From contig ADNK01001514.1 in NCBI GenBank assembly GCA_000320545.1, forward strand, positions 4,806 through 68,805: DNA of 64,000 bases, written 5' to 3'. The notes below the pieces were generated by a model that worked only from the letters and a program-made list of their open reading frames with translations, did no database searches and was not told the DNA's origin. How positions within the stretch are numbered: position 1 is the first letter of the stretch; each line of letters opens with the position of its first letter. This stretch comes from Bigelowiella natans CCMP2755 (taxonomy: Eukaryota; Protista; Cercozoa). Shown here piece by piece: positions 1 to 15,220 of this stretch. A program made the translations under genes and the position numbers.

Positions 1-574
1 ATTATTAAGTGTATTCGTCCTCAAGCATGTCCTCAACTTTGATACTCCTTCGAGGTCTGTTGCCATTATCGCTACGGTCTATTCCGTGCTCATTTCTCCC
101 TGTTTACATTAATAACAGAACTGTTTATCAACAGGTACACATCTGAGATCATGTCTCTCCAACTCCTATGACAAAATAAGAACGAACGTACGATACTTGA
201 CGCATCTATATATGCACAGATTTATGCTTGAGAAAGCCCCACCTTGTTTATGCTCGCCTCCCTTACTGCGGCTTTTGTTTTCACTCGCCCGGAGCTCCCC
301 GGCACCTACTACTTCTGGTTTTTCGCATCGGTTGTTGATTCGGTTCTTCTCTTCATTTTTACCTACTAGAGTCTTCTTCTTTTGTGCCTTGTCTCCATTC
401 TCCCCGCTCCCATCCCCTCCTACTCCATGGTTGGCCTTTCCTTTGACCCTTCGGCGGAACGCAACTCGACGCCTAAGTAGCCACAAGGGTATCCCTGCGA
501 CCGTAAATGGAACGAGGAGGGAGAGGAGGAAAAGACGAGGAAGAAGGAAAAGAGTTAGGATACGTCTGCATCAG

Positions 575-620
<46 letters not shown>

Positions 621-1527
621 TCACGAGTACTGATGTGCAACAGCTTTACCTTTCATATTATTGTATGAACATTTCACATCCGTGAGTCTGTTACAGGCTT
701 CGAGGGTCCCGGGAAGCTCATGAAGTCTGTTAAAGCTACGACAGGGAGCGAGAAGGGGGAGTCGTTACAGAAGAGAGAAGGAGGTAAGGCTGACTAAGGT
801 CGAGAAAGAGGCACGGTGAAAAAGAATAGGGAAATGAGGAGGCAGGGGAGAAGGAGAAAATGGGTAACGAGCGACTAAGATCGTCTTCTAATATTTGTAA
901 TATCTAAGCGTCTCACCACGGTCACCCTAATCATATTCTTGATAAAAGACAAACACGGGAGAAACACTACCTCACATCTAGATACTCTAGATTCTGCAGC
1001 TTGCCAAGATCTTGGCTGGAAGGAGGAGGAGGGGGGGGAGGGGGGGGGAGAACATGAGCTCTTAGTCATAATCATCACTTCATCAGCGGCCAAATTCAAG
1101 ACGGATAATTCCTCTGGCTCTATTACAGTAACTGCTGTTAAATATAAAGACACGTTTCGCATGAAGATCGATCCGTACTCGAGTGCTGTCAGCCTGTTTG
1201 CTTTCAACTTCAATATCTGCCAAAAGATGGATGTATGCTCAATTCTACATGGCCGTGGTAATGATTAGTGCCACTGGCAAACCATATATCAGACATATCC
1301 TGCGATATGCCAGAGAGTTACCCGTAACGAATGCAGATTCACGATCTCTGTTTACGGGTAGATATATCAGCATGCAGTAAAAAGCAAACAAAGTGAAGCT
1401 AGGAGTTGGGCAAAATTGTGGCTAGTATAAGTAATGCTCGAGCAGGTGTTTTAAGAGCGCCATAATGATTAAGGATAGTAATGCTTTTGTTAATGTTGTT
1501 TCCGTATTCTATTCCCTATTCTCTCTC

Positions 1528-1596
<69 letters not shown>

Positions 1597-1720
1597 TCAA
1601 TTTTCTAAATGGTCCCATAATCCCTTTCTTGATTTCTCTATCTACCGACACATTGCAACCACTAACGACAGCAACACTACAGTCACAACCTTTTGGAAGC
1701 CTAACAATTTTATTCCCTAA

Positions 1721-1789
<69 letters not shown>

Positions 1790-2193
1790 GTAATTACATA
1801 TCCAAGGATAAGAATGGACATTGTATACGTCGCAGCTGCTGTGCCTTGTTTGCCACTACCTGATAGGTCAAGATACGAAAGGTTTGATAGCGTGATGATG
1901 GCCTGCCCGTTTAGCACCTCGAGATTGTTGTGCTGCAACTCGAGCCTTGTCAGATTCGTCAGGGAGCTCAACGAATACGCCACGCTTTCCAGACGTGTAT
2001 TAGCAATATCGAGAGAAAGCTTCAAGCACATACATTTTACAAATACGATGTGATGGTGAATGATCGATCAGGAGTCGTACTAATGGCCAAGGCACAATAA
2101 ATACTTGATGCATTTGACGACAATATGCTATTACAAATATTTATTAAGAGTTAACACCTGCACAGACAGAGCCGCACGGAAAATGAGACAAGG

Positions 2194-2236
<43 letters not shown>

Positions 2237-2684
2237 CACACTCTCTCACTCACTCGCCACCTCGCATGCGTGCAAGCGATGTACTACTGAACAAAATCGT
2301 TGTTATCGAATGTTGAAGATTGTCCATATCGTGTTCTTACGAGGCAAGACAAGCTCTTGAAGAGGAGATCCTGGCTTGAAGGCCTTTGGAAACATCACCA
2401 AATAGGATCATCGAGAGGGCTGTGACCATTTCAAGTTTTAAATCTAAACCGAACACATTTTATCTCTTCCTAAGAGGCAATCGATCTTGTCGCGCGAGGA
2501 AAAATCTTCATTGTTTTCTACACGATTGGTAAATCACGTTTTCCGGAATAAAGGGCAAAGAGCGCCATCCCTCCCTCGCCCATGAGAAGGGAGGAGACGA
2601 GGAGGGGTAATGGAGAAGATGTAATTGCTACTGAGTGCTACTAGCAACCTGAGCTTCGCTCCAGAAAGTCCTAAATGCCTGGTT

Positions 2685-2717
<33 letters not shown>

Positions 2718-4039
2718 ATAGTTCATAGATGTATTAGTTTATAATGACGATGCCTATATAGCGTACAAGCAGGATTACAGCAAACATATCAGTCACATTA
2801 TCGGGTCGTCTGTAGTAAGTGTAAAAGATAGTAGTGTGGAACATCGAATAGTAGGACGTAGAAATCAAGTCTTTTCGCGGCCACTTAATTTAACCTTAGT
2901 GTGCTCGGGAGCAGCGATAACAATGCATTGACTGTCTTCACATTTCCTCTCAGGACCTGGAGGTAAGGGAACAAGGAGCTATCAGAGGGGAACGCAAAAT
3001 GCTGCGTGTGACTATGCATAGGTGTGTGCATGTGCCAAAGGGAGAGGGATAGAGAGGGAGGGAGGGAGGGAGGGAGAGAGAGAGAGATGGAGAGAGAAAG
3101 AAGGGGATGTCAACCAGCATCGTGACTCATGTGAAAGCAAATAATACTATGACTAATACCTTTGTGCAACCGGAGAGACTTAAAGATGTCAACGAGGAGG
3201 GGGGGTGAGTTTGCAGAGGGCGATAGGAAGGAGCAGGTGGAATGGAGGAGGAAGATGGGGATGATGTATGGGCACTTGTGTTGCATTTCCTCATGCGAGA
3301 TATGTGTGTGGAGATACAACGGGAACCGTCGTTACTTCCTGTAGTCTCCTCAGTTTCACCTTCATATTGCACACTTGCCTCCTCCAAATCTACTCCCCTC
3401 CTCTCCATTTCCTTCGTCTCATTCCTATTCTTTCCGCCCTCCTCGCTCTCTTTGGGCATGGATGAACATCTGCGCAATATTGCCTTAACACCTAAGTTAT
3501 CGCATGTTTCGTCTTAAACTACACTGTAAGAGTATACAACCAAGCTATAACACTTGTTTCCTCATTTAATCTCCCCATCATTTTCTCCTAGAAGAACAGC
3601 GACTGTTTCCAGACTTGTAAAATTCTTTTATCATAGCATCAGTAGTAGCGCGTGCGTAATGTGCTTGTCACAAATCACTTCCACTGTTTTACAATAACAT
3701 ACAGCAGTATTTTTAAAAAAATGTTACACTCTCATCTCTGCTCTTTTCCTTCCCACATCTAAATTTATGATGATGATGATGATGGTCATGATGATGTAAG
3801 GTATCTTCCGAAACAAACCTTCTCGTGTCACATTTTGGCAGAGGCTCAGGTGCAGCGTTTCGAGGTGCCTATGGAGATGTACACGTTCATGATCTGACCG
3901 AAGGTGATAATGCTTTTGCCATGGGCCCAGGCAGAGGAACTCATATAATTCAAAATATACAGCAATATAGGTGGTACTTGGTTTCAATTGCAGTCAAGAC
4001 CCTATCGTCAACGCAACGTGCCTAATATGGATGTGGCAC

Positions 4040-4079
<40 letters not shown>

Positions 4080-4953
4080 GAATTTGTGATGAATCCAAGA
4101 GATAAAGATTGGATTCTGCTGCCTTTGCTTTTGGTGTCCTGAAATAGCGAGCTACATTACCTGGCATAACTTAAGACTACGTAATTCCGAGCAGTATTCC
4201 AGTGCTGAAACAACATCACCATCAGAAATAAGTTTTGAAGTCGTTGGGGATATCACACAGACGCTACGGATTTCCTATTAACCTAATTGGAGTTCCTTCG
4301 AGCTCAGGGGACATCTGCCGTTTAGACTGCGCAAGAAGAGCGCAATACACGGAAGGCGTGAGAACATTAAGTCATGGTTGCCGAAGTTATGGTTAAATGA
4401 GCTGCTACCTCTTTAAATGTAATGTGGAAATATCTCGTCTCGCGAGAAACATGCGCAATATCTCCCAATTGTGCAGCCTTGCATATCTGTGAGGAGATAA
4501 AAAGGTTCTGATTATAATCTGCAGGCAATAAAATACACTTTTCCAAATTTAGCGAATTTTTTCCTCATAAAGTTATCTTGCACCGATATTTGGATGTCAT
4601 GGTCATAAAGATATCGTTGGCCGAATTCTGAGGCAAGGCTTGAATTACTACATAAGATGATCCAAATTACGTTACGACGGACGAAACGAGATGATTAAAT
4701 TCAAATTTCTTCACATTGACTGTTGATATTGGCATATTAAATGAAGCACTGACTTGTTCGAAGCTTGTGGATATTTGGAGGCTCTTCCATGGCCAATGAA
4801 TATAAGACTTTGTCTACGACCTGGGCACAATCACTGCTCAAGCCAACGGTAACATAGTATGATGAAACATAGATTTACCTGACTAACACATAGCTGCTCG
4901 AGTGATGGCATAGAGGAGGCGCCTTTGGGATCCTCCAATAATTCTTCTGCCAT
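1..4953 (-). CDS. Multi-exon leucine-rich-repeat protein; N-terminal PSLxxLC motif; 3' end runs off the window
   Basis: ATG at 4953 gives MAEELLEDPKGASSMPSLEQLCVSQ then a GT donor. Downstream segments encode LRRs: RHLETLHLSLCQNVT (~3850), SSLTSLSLSGCTK (~3180), SLTNLTRLELQHNNLEVL...LSNLSYLDLS (1860-1970), LKLKANRLTALE (~1200), QDLGKLQNLEYLDV|SFNRLHELP (1010/730). Confidence 0.7.
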
Positions 4954-6032
4954 TGGTACTCGGTGGTCCGCCCTCCCCTTTATGCAGTTGTGCACGTGCC
5001 AATGATGAGTGAACATACTTCTGACAAACACTTCTCCCAGAAATAATATCGGTCAGAAAAACAATAAAAAAAACAGTGCCATTTCGGTGTTGCGACGAAC
5101 AATTAAGGCAGATGCGTTTCTTTTACCTAAACTCAGCCAGCTGGCGACTCGCCAAACGACGCATCCGCTCTGGTGCTGCTCCTTTCCGTTTCTCGAAATA
5201 GTATGTGAAACATGACATTGCGACATCATTCAGATGAAAATTTAAGGTCAAATTTCCCACAAATTTCAATCTGCCGACAAATTTAAAGGATCAGGACCAC
5301 ACGAAACCTCACCTCATCAGCAACCATGTTCTAGCATGTGTGTACTCGTTCAAAAATCGAATGAAATTTTCGACAAAAACCGTAATGAGAGTGCGTTTCT
5401 ACACAAAATGGATCGGATGCCTTCCGCATCCACAAACCACTAGTACAGGATAAAAATAACACAGGAAAAGGGTAGAATTTCATTGTCGCAAGAAAATAAT
5501 GTGTCCTTTTTCTTTGCAGTTTTGCTCGGGGAGGAGAGGGATTGAGCAGCCCAAACCTGGTATTTTCAAAATAGATGCGTAACAAAATTTCTTATTAAAT
5601 TCGAATGAATTCCTTGCATTTTAACCCATTTGGGTTAACATGCCATGTCGCAAAGGAAAACCTTTCACAGATCATTCTTCCGTAAATCCCATATCTCGGG
5701 ATCATCTGCTTTAAAATGGTTGATTAACTTGCAGCTAACTTCCGAGACCAGGAAAGATAGGTGGATGAACCTCGGAATATTTTTCGCGGAAAAATAACTA
5801 ATGATTCACCCCCAAATTGCGCATTTATGTCACGTCGTCATTAAAAAATCCACTGGAATACTTGGGATTCCTTAATTTTTCGACTGTTTGATTGCTTACC
5901 AAGAGAGAGCCGAGGAGTCCCAGTGTCTTTCACATCTACGAGAGAAGGTTCCTCCATCCCCTACCAAACCTATCAGCAAATAATAGAGCCCCGGACCACC
6001 TTTCGGACCCAGCCGTATCATTACCCTTCAAT

Positions 6033-7366
6033 ATGTACGGCTGGGAAGCGAATGAGGAGCCTGAAGGGCAGCATTGGAATTGTACTCCGAGACAGGAAGA
6101 AGAGAAGCCAAGTAGAGGCTTTCTTTCCGCTTTCTCAACTCCTACTTCCCTAACCCCGGAACTGCCTCCTAGCCAATTATCCACATCTTCTGATCGATTC
6201 GGGCGAACTAATGCCCTTGAGGGTGCTGCCGCCATTCTCTTATCCTTGAATGTTGCTTCCGATGATCCTCCTCGGGGCGATAGAATGCAGCCGCTGAATC
6301 TGTCTGAATCTTCCGGAACTATCGAAAAAGAAAGAGTGTCGCATGGAAAAGTAGGAAAATCCTAAACAAATATGCCGATTATGATCCTTCATGGTGGTCG
6401 TGTCGGTTGCAATAGCAAGCGTTGTCCAAAAAACTTCTCATTCAATGGAACTTCCGATTTTGGAATCGGCTTTCCTCCGAATAGATATCAAACTACATCA
6501 CAAATTAAAGATTAAATCTAACAGCGAATATTTTTTCAGGCCTCATCAACAAATCGAGTGTCTATGGTACCCTTGAATCGCAGAAAGTTTGCATCATTCT
6601 GGATGGTTGATCCAAAGAGTGGAAGAGGAGAAGCGGAGGAGATTTCATCAAAGCGTCATCGGTACGAAGATCGTCAACTGAGCAAGGCAATGCAGCGAAG
6701 TAGCGGCGACGGCAGCGACAATATTCTTCTGGCAGCAACCAATCAAAATGCAGTCCCTCCTTCTGCTTCGAACATACTGGGGTCAAAGAAACGTCTTAGT
6801 CAGCAGCTACTGCGACCAGTTTTCTGCAGGATTTGTTCCGCTCCTTTTGCGAGTGAAAGTGCAATGTTCGGGCACATGCGGCATTGTAAATCTGTGAGAG
6901 GTGTAGCTGCTGACCAGATTGATAAGATAGAGTCAATCAGCTCTTCTTCGAAGTCCATTAAACAAGGAGAACAAACCGGTCAACAGCAGGCAGTGGTAGA
7001 GGGGGATGGACGCGTGCATGTGAGCATTTATGGACGGAATCTTCGAAGACGTAAGCGAAAAGACTTATTGCGGTAAGGATTAAATAACGAGACTTAACGG
7101 TGATGATGATAGCCAATACACGAGAGGTTTTCTTTCTAGGAATTTGATCATCAAGTTCGAAGATGCTGTTGTATGCGAAAGGAAGATTCGTACGAATACC
7201 CAAAAACGGTAGAATCATTTATTTTTCTGGGATTTCTTCCGCATTTCTTCTGTTTCCTCTAGTCTTACTTGGAAGATAACTTGTCTTTACTTGTTCTTCT
7301 ACCCAGCAGAAGATCATCTCGAGGAGGACGATTTCAAGTGCGAGAAGACTCCTCGTCTGACGGAAG

Positions 7367-7404
<38 letters not shown>

Positions 7405-8748
7405 TCTCACAGAAGTATTTCTCCATCACCTGTATGCCCGATATTGTCACAATAAAATCAGATTTTCGTCGTCGTCTTCGTTTAAGACATTTGAGAAGTT
7501 TGCTGCTCGATCTGCAGTAAGCTATGGATGCAGGTGAAAACCATTGTTAATGTATTTATCGTTGGCACACCTTTTAAGCAACATGTTCTCTCTTCGGATG
7601 GACCTACTATTCTATTTTTTAAGGCATTGTGGGAAGAGTTTCATGTCGAAATACGCTCTCTCTGGCCACTACCGTCATTGCATGAAAAGAAAGGTAATGC
7701 AAATATGGTGATGATCGTTCTTTCTTATTTGTATTGTTATTCTAACTAGGCTGTACCGAAGTACCCTACCCAAGTATCAATGAGGAGGAATATGGTGATG
7801 ATGATGATGTTGATGATGATGATGATAATGATAAGTGGTGGTTGATACCTACGACATCGATTGTCAGTAATGGAAGTAGTATCAGTAGTAGTAGCAGCAG
7901 CAGCAGCAGCAGTAGCAGTAATGGTATTGCAAGTGTTTGCCGTTATAAATATCCTAGACACATCTATATTGCAAGTATTTAGGTGAGCACATCACCGAAG
8001 TGTACTCATTTAAACTTATTTCCCCTTCATTGTTGAGGCTAAACGTCACCTTCTTTGTGTTGTTTCATCATCTATCTATAATGTCCCACACCTTTTCCAT
8101 TCGCTTGCAGATTACGACAATTTCCAACAAGAAGGTGAAGAAGAAGGTGAAGAAGAAGAAGAAGAAGAAGGAGAAGAAGAAGGAGAGACCAAGAGAGGAA
8201 TAACAATGGTGATCCCCTGTAGGATGAATTCGCCGAAGAGTAGGAGAATATAGCGTTAGTTTTAAAGTTAATATAATTATTATACCTTCATTCTCTCTGA
8301 TATGCCGTGTGCGTTGGTCGTGGTCGTCTATGTAGGCGAGCGGTCAGTGGTTGTCATCCTCAGATCCAACGGCACACCGTCGTTTCGCATCGCCATTGTC
8401 ACAACCCTTGTCTGAGCAAGGAGGAAAGAGCCGTAGTAGTACCGATGTCAGACCGACAATAGCCTCTGACGTAACGAATCACTACCCATCAGAAAGTCGT
8501 CAGCAGCAACACCAGCATCAGCCTAAAGGCAAAGAATATGGCGAGGATAACACTACATTTGAACAGGGGGAGGAGGATGAGGGGCAGCAGCAGCAGGAGG
8601 AGCGTCGTCTACTGCTAGACGGGGAGGAGCGTTATCCTATTGTGCAGCAGTTAGGATTCTCTGATGCCAACGTGTGCGTCATTCACAGGGTAGGTAGCTA
8701 GGTAGGTAGCAGTAGGAGCGTCCTTTGTGCGTGGGTAATAGATCGATA

Positions 8749-8779
<31 letters not shown>

Positions 8780-9093
8780 GTACTCTCTTCTATCTTCTAC
8801 TGAGTTATTTTCTCTGTTTCTCCCAGTGTGGTTGCTATTTTAGCTGCAGCAGTATTCCTCTCTGTACTCCCCAGTTTGCTTTCATTCGTCTCCTACCTCC
8901 TCGTATGCTGATATTGTTGGTGTTGATCACACATACCTACTGTCACGTTATTCAGAATCGGTTTCTCGTACTGCAAGCTAGCCGTGGACCCAGTGGAGAA
9001 CCACCAAACCGAAACGTTCCATACCGCATTGCTAAAGCTATGGGTAGTAGTAGTAGCAGTAGTAGTAGTAGTAGTAGTAGTAACAATAACATA

Positions 9094-9133
<40 letters not shown>

Positions 9134-10788
9134 CCATCCTCATCGTGCATCATCGTAAACACTGCTGCTAACGGTGGTGTAGGACCTCTGGAAATGGCGT
9201 CCGATGACGACGATGACGATGATGATGAGAATGCTGATAAGGACGATGATGAGAGAGAGAAAGGCAACTGGAATGGGACAGAGGGAAGAGGAGCAGACGA
9301 TGCGCGGGGGACGTATAAGCTAATGAAAAGCTCGAGGGCTTCGATATCATCGCGGCGTTTAGACAGCAAATGCGTTCATGTGATGGGCTACAAGCTTTCA
9401 GGCTTCAAAAACTCCTCTAGTGCGCGGTACTACTCAGAATATTATAATAGAGAACCTACAACTCGGTTTATAACTATGTGACGATTGCACTCTGGCTGTA
9501 CCCTCATTCGTTTAAGTTAATTGTGATTGTTCTCACGCTGTTGTTGCGATTGCTTCTCCTTCTCCTTCTTCTTCTTCCTAGGTGGAGATGTCAACATTGG
9601 ACAGAGATTGTGCCTGGGAGACACATCTTTGGCGTGGTCGAGCGCTTGCCAAAGGAGACCGAAGTCATGCAACTGGGTAATTATTAATAAGAATAATAAT
9701 AATAGCACAACAACAAGAATAAATAGCTGGAATGATGATGATGTGGAGGAGGAGGGATAATAATGATAATTATCCCATTGATGACGATAACATTGCTGAT
9801 AAGGAGAGGGCATCTGAGTGGTGAAAAGAGCACCCAAAATCCTTTCTCTTCCCTTTGTCCCCACTACCCTTCAGGAGAATACCTCCGCAATGTCTACAAT
9901 GCTTCGATAAACCCTGATGACCTTGATGAAGAGAAAGAACCCTTCAACAAGAAGAAGAACAGTGGCCATCAAGATTATCATGATCAAAATACTGCGACCA
10001 CCTCATCAAAAGGAGGAGAAGGAAGTTCAGGGAAGGGGGTGGGGGAGAGAGAAAGAATGGGCAATCAGACGGGGGACAACCCACAAGCTCATAGCCAAGA
10101 CTGCCCCTCGGATATGATCAATTTGCATTCTTCATCAGCAGCAGCAGTTGAGTATTAAAGGCAGCAATATCTGTAATATTGCAGCAGGAGATAAATCATC
10201 ATTGCCTCAGAAGATTGAGGAGCATAAGTATAGGAGGAAACTGCCGCTACTGCACTGCTGCTGCCTGTTTGCCACCGTAGACCTTTAACATTCCCTGCGC
10301 ATACGTCGGCTTATTATATAGCGCCCATTTTGAAGGATAATTATTTGGGAAAGTGTACAGCTAACACATCTTTTGACGATTTATGGTGTGAAGCTGAAGA
10401 GTGTATTGTTATCCTCCTCCTTTCACCGACGAACAGCCCACTTTAAAAGCTTGTAGACTAGAAGAGATTAACGAAGAAGAGGAAGAGGAAGAAGAAGAAA
10501 AGGGTTATTCAAACATGCAGAGAATCCTCGACTTGTAGATATGACGTATCTGTTGCCTGAGCGACGATTCACATTTATTGTGCTTGAAACAGCAATAACA
10601 GCACAAAGACAATATATTATTACTCACAAGGACATCTCCACAGTATGTACTAAAGAAAGAGGTTTGCGATGTATCGAAAAGAAATGGGATGGTATTTGTC
10701 CAAATCTGTAAATATTCCATCAAGTTTTAGATAGCTTAACGAGGGAGATCTATTTGATCAAATCCTACCTCGCCTAGATGCAGTGTAA
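6033..10788 (+). CDS. Multi-exon zinc-finger protein with two CX2CX12HX3C fingers and acidic low-complexity regions
   Basis: Exon 1 from ATG 6033, intron ~6351-6539. Finger 1 is CRICSAPFASESAMFGHMRHC (6825-6887). Finger 2, YGCR|HCGKSFMSKYALSGHYRHC, is split by an intron (~7533-7623). Further + strand exons lead to a putative last exon LNEGDLFDQILPRLDAV* (TAA 10786-10788). Joining of the 3' exons is tentative. Confidence 0.55.
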
Positions 10789-10914
10789 CATTCAATTTTA
10801 GAAGTATAGATAAAATGATTACAGTTATGATGACGATGATGGTGGTGGTCACAATAAAAATGATGTCTATTAACAGCGTTATTGTATAAACGTGAATGTA
10901 TGTATGTATGTATG

Positions 10915-11150
10915 CTAGTAACCTAGCTGCTTGGCATGCAAATATTGGTAACCATTGCATACACGGCGTGCGAGCATGCCTAGATGCACATGTACATGAA
11001 CAGCATGCACCATGCTAGCATGCCTAACAAATGTCTAGATGTGGTGACAATAGTGATGACAACAGCAGCAAATGCGCAGACAAATATTTGGCATCGCTGG
11101 ATCGTATAAGCGACGATGTATTGCCCCAAGCTAGCATGCTAGCAAGGGCA
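10915..11150. other. Small, partially TpA-depleted CATG/CTAG/TGCA-rich intergenic island
   Basis: catgctagcatg, gcatgcctagatgcacatg and gctagcatgctagc motifs between two convergent gene ends. Confidence 0.5.
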
Positions 11151-11335
11151 AAAGCAAGAAAGACAAAGCTGTACAGTTTTAGCAGCGTTCTTGCATGGGC
11201 ATAATCAAAGATGCCGCTGATTGCATGTGTATACGTCTAGGCGTACGTTGTGTGATATTCCCATTGATAATGAGATGTCCCAGAAGTTTATGGAAAATGC
11301 CATGCACTGCGTACTCTTTGATATCTTTGCGATCG

Positions 11336-12301
11336 TTACAATACGTGCTTAGAAATAATCTCGAAGTCCACAGGACTATCCTCGTATGCAAGTGCATCTT
11401 CGGAATGCTTTCTCTCCAACAATCCAAAACCAGGTCCGTCTTTTGGAAGCGATTTCGCTGGAATTGAATTCTTACGACGTTGAGCGATACCATACTCTAC
11501 AACATTTGATGGCGCACTGAGGATTTCTGATTCATCCTCGAGGCTTTCCCCGAGTATGGTTTGCTGGTGGAGCTGATTTGAGGAGTTGGAGTCCTTTCTA
11601 CAGGCCATAGTAACGCCGTATTCGATCTTGACATCTCGGTCGACGACGATATCCCCCTTCTCCTCAAAACTGTCATTGTGGCTGCTGGACGATAGTTTCA
11701 GAGGAGGCTTTGCAATGAGGCCAACGTACTCTGCCTCTGCAATTGCGAGTTCGTACCGCAAAGGCAGATGGGAGAGAAACATCGACCAGGAAAGCACGAT
11801 TTCGTCGAAATCCTGCGGTGAAAAGTGTGAGCATCCGAGGCTATACATGACAGGCAGCAGGATGAAATTTGAGCATGTCTTATGTGTACATGTGCGTGTG
11901 AGTGCGTGTGCGCGCGCGCGCGTGTGTGTGTGTGTGTGTGTGCGTGCGTGTGCACTTAAAACGTCTGTCGATAACCCGCACTCAACACTATGCATATAGG
12001 ATGCACGATATTTTTAAAGAAAATCGCAATAGACTAACTATAGTGCACGCACCTCTATGGGTACAGATCTGAGTCTTCGTGAGTTTTGAAGATAGTGAGA
12101 TCTCCTCTTTTTGGATGGTGTAGTGGTAGTCTCAGTCGTGTTCTTCTTGCTGTCAGAGCTGGAGGAGGGGGGGTTCTTTACGGAGGGGCTGCTGGCATCG
12201 TCATTAGTTTTATTACTATCGCTCTGGCTATCAACCTTCTCAGGCACCCAGAGTATCCTCCCTGTCATCGCCGGTAAATTCATTTTCACTTAGGTAAATA
12301 G

Positions 12302-12343
<42 letters not shown>

Positions 12344-12949
12344 GGATGATTGCTTATTATTAGGCTCTGCTTCTAATATGCTCTCCTACTACTCCAAATC
12401 GTCCGTCCTCTGTCCTCCTCCCCTCTCACTCTACCCCTTTCTCTCTCTCTCTCTCTCCTCCCTCCCCCCCCCATTCCCTCTTCTCCTCAAAGTAACTTGC
12501 CTGGAGGGAATAGCCTTGTGTAACTGGGCTCCGAATATCGTGTTCGTCGATCCGGTGTGTTGCCCGTTGAAGAAGAAGACGAAGAGTAATGAAAATCATT
12601 ATGGGGGGAGGGGAAGGAGGAGGAAGGCGTTGATGAGAAAGAAGATGGAGGAGAAAGCGGAGAGGAGGCAGGAGTAGGAGAGGAGGAAGATGGCTTTGGA
12701 CACTGTCGGGGTGTAGACGGTAGAGCTTGGCGCCGTCTTGAGGAGGATGATGAATTGTTGTAGTGGTAGGCCGAAGATCCGCCTGCTGCATACCTCCAAA
12801 GATGATGATAATAACCATTACTCAGGACACGACGTTTGTTCTTTGTCGTAGCATTCGGGTGTGGTGGGAGGCGTGGGAGGAATGAAACGTCCGTGCACAC
12901 GTTTTTACTACTGCTACTACTAGCACCTGCATTTTGATTGGTGCAGGAT

Positions 12950-12980
<31 letters not shown>

Positions 12981-13924
12981 CTGTCGCCATAGTTTCTGTT
13001 GAGTAGTTAGTGGTGGTAGTACTTGTAGTAGTTGTAGCAGTAGTGGTGGTGGTAATACTGGCTGCTTGCGTTATCGGAGTATTGTGCTGCTGCTGCTGCT
13101 GCTGCTGATGGGATCGAAGAAGCACAACAGGTTTATTATTATCATTATCATTAACACCAATCTCCTTTCCTCGCTCCTCTCTTTTCCCGTCCTTACTCTT
13201 TCTACATTCATTGCTCATCTTAACATCTCCTGGAGGGGGCATCACACTACTACTGTTACTACTACACGTCCTAACGACGTCATTGGAACCCAGCAGCTTC
13301 TTCTCTATTCGTGAACTGTTTAGATGATTTGTCTCCCCCTCTATTCCTTCCTCTTGAGTTTGCCCATCCACAATTGGGATACGAGGAGGAGCGGGGCTGG
13401 TGCTTGGACAGGATGACAGTGACGAAACGCGAGAAAGACGGTGATGCTTCTGTACGTCATTAAGCGTTGTCGGTGGGGGGGGGTAATAATTGCTCGCGGT
13501 AAGTGGATCGCTACTATTCTTGCTCGCGGTGAGTGGATCGTCACTATTCTTGCTCGTTCCATGATATATATCTGTTGAGGGAGGACGTTTCGATACCAAC
13601 GACGAAGATGACGATGTGGGGACGGGAGGTGGTCGTGCTGTAGGTGCAGGGGGGGATGAGTTGCCAGAGCGTGTCCTGGTGCTGCTGCTCCTGGTGGTAT
13701 TGAGGTCACGTAAGGTAATATCCTGCTTCTTCGTAGTAGCGTCCTTATCAAATGTGGAGACCACCTGAGGAATGGTCAATGTACTTTGTAAAATAATCAA
13801 TCAGATACTACTACTACTACTACTACTACTACTACGTTTTTCGGGCTATCACCCCTTCTCCTCCCCCTCCCCCCCTCTCTCTTCTATTTCTCTCTCTTTG
13901 GGCATAGGACATAATGCATTGGAG

Positions 13925-13956
<32 letters not shown>

Positions 13957-14839
13957 TACTTTCTTGCGAAGAGCATGCATCGAGGCTAGAGATAGGCGAG
14001 GGATGACGTCATCACCCACAACCACTGTCGTTACCTTTTGAACAATAGCATTCATGTCATCCATTCGCAAACCAATGCGGCAATATGTAATGTAACGACG
14101 ATGATGAGAGTGGTGACAACAACACGGCTAGATGAATAAATGCTACCACTGACTCTATGACTTCTAAATCTGTTGCAACATCTGCTCGCGTCTTTGCTCA
14201 CTAACTGTACCCTGAGATTTTCTTCTATTACTACTACTACTACTACTACTACTACATCCATTGCTGGTCGGTCTTACTATGGGCGCGAGTTCTTTGCACA
14301 GGGCGTGACAGCAGACACACGGTGTTCCAAATGCGAAGCATGTGGTGTCAGCCATCTCTCCTCTCTACAAACAAAGTGGTGCGACGACGATGGCGGTGGC
14401 AAAATGAGGCAGAGCACAGGTAAGTGGCGATGGACACACCTCCCCCCCACCCCCCCCCAACTTATACCATCATTATTTTGGTGGAACATGTGATCTGGGT
14501 GAACCTCTTCTTCTTCTGTTGCACCTACTACCTGTTCGGAGCACCAGATTGCAGTGAGAAGCGTTCCAACGCCAGCTCCTAAGCTGTGGCCTACCACTAC
14601 TGTTTTGAACCCAGGATTGTCTTCTCTGAGCGATAGCACCAGCTGCAACCACCACACGCAAATCAATAAATATCATCAAGGACATCCAAACGTGTTATTT
14701 GCAATAACACACACACACACACACACCACGCACAGAGAGAGAGAGGAGGAAGGGAGGGAGGGAGGGAGGAAGGGAGGGAGAGGAGAAGGAAAGGAATGGA
14801 AAAATGAGCGAGAGTAAGTGAAGAGGTGACATTAGGCTT

Positions 14840-14887
<48 letters not shown>

Positions 14888-15189
14888 GGTGCGATTTTAT
14901 CAACACCATCCCTCTTCCTCTACATCATCATCGTCATCATCATAATCCAACCGCATATTATACCGGGCGAATTTCAATGTCAAGCTCACGAGCACTCCGA
15001 AGTATACCTCTAAAGGAACAACCCAGGCCAATGAATCAGTAAACGCCGATGAAAGTAAAAATGAGGACGATCAACATTGCTCATATTATTATTTTAATGC
15101 TGAATAACTTACTTGCTGCTACACCATGCCATCATCTTCATGTTGACCGTTATCATTATTATTATCATCACTACCATCATACAAATTGT

Positions 15190-15220
<31 letters not shown>

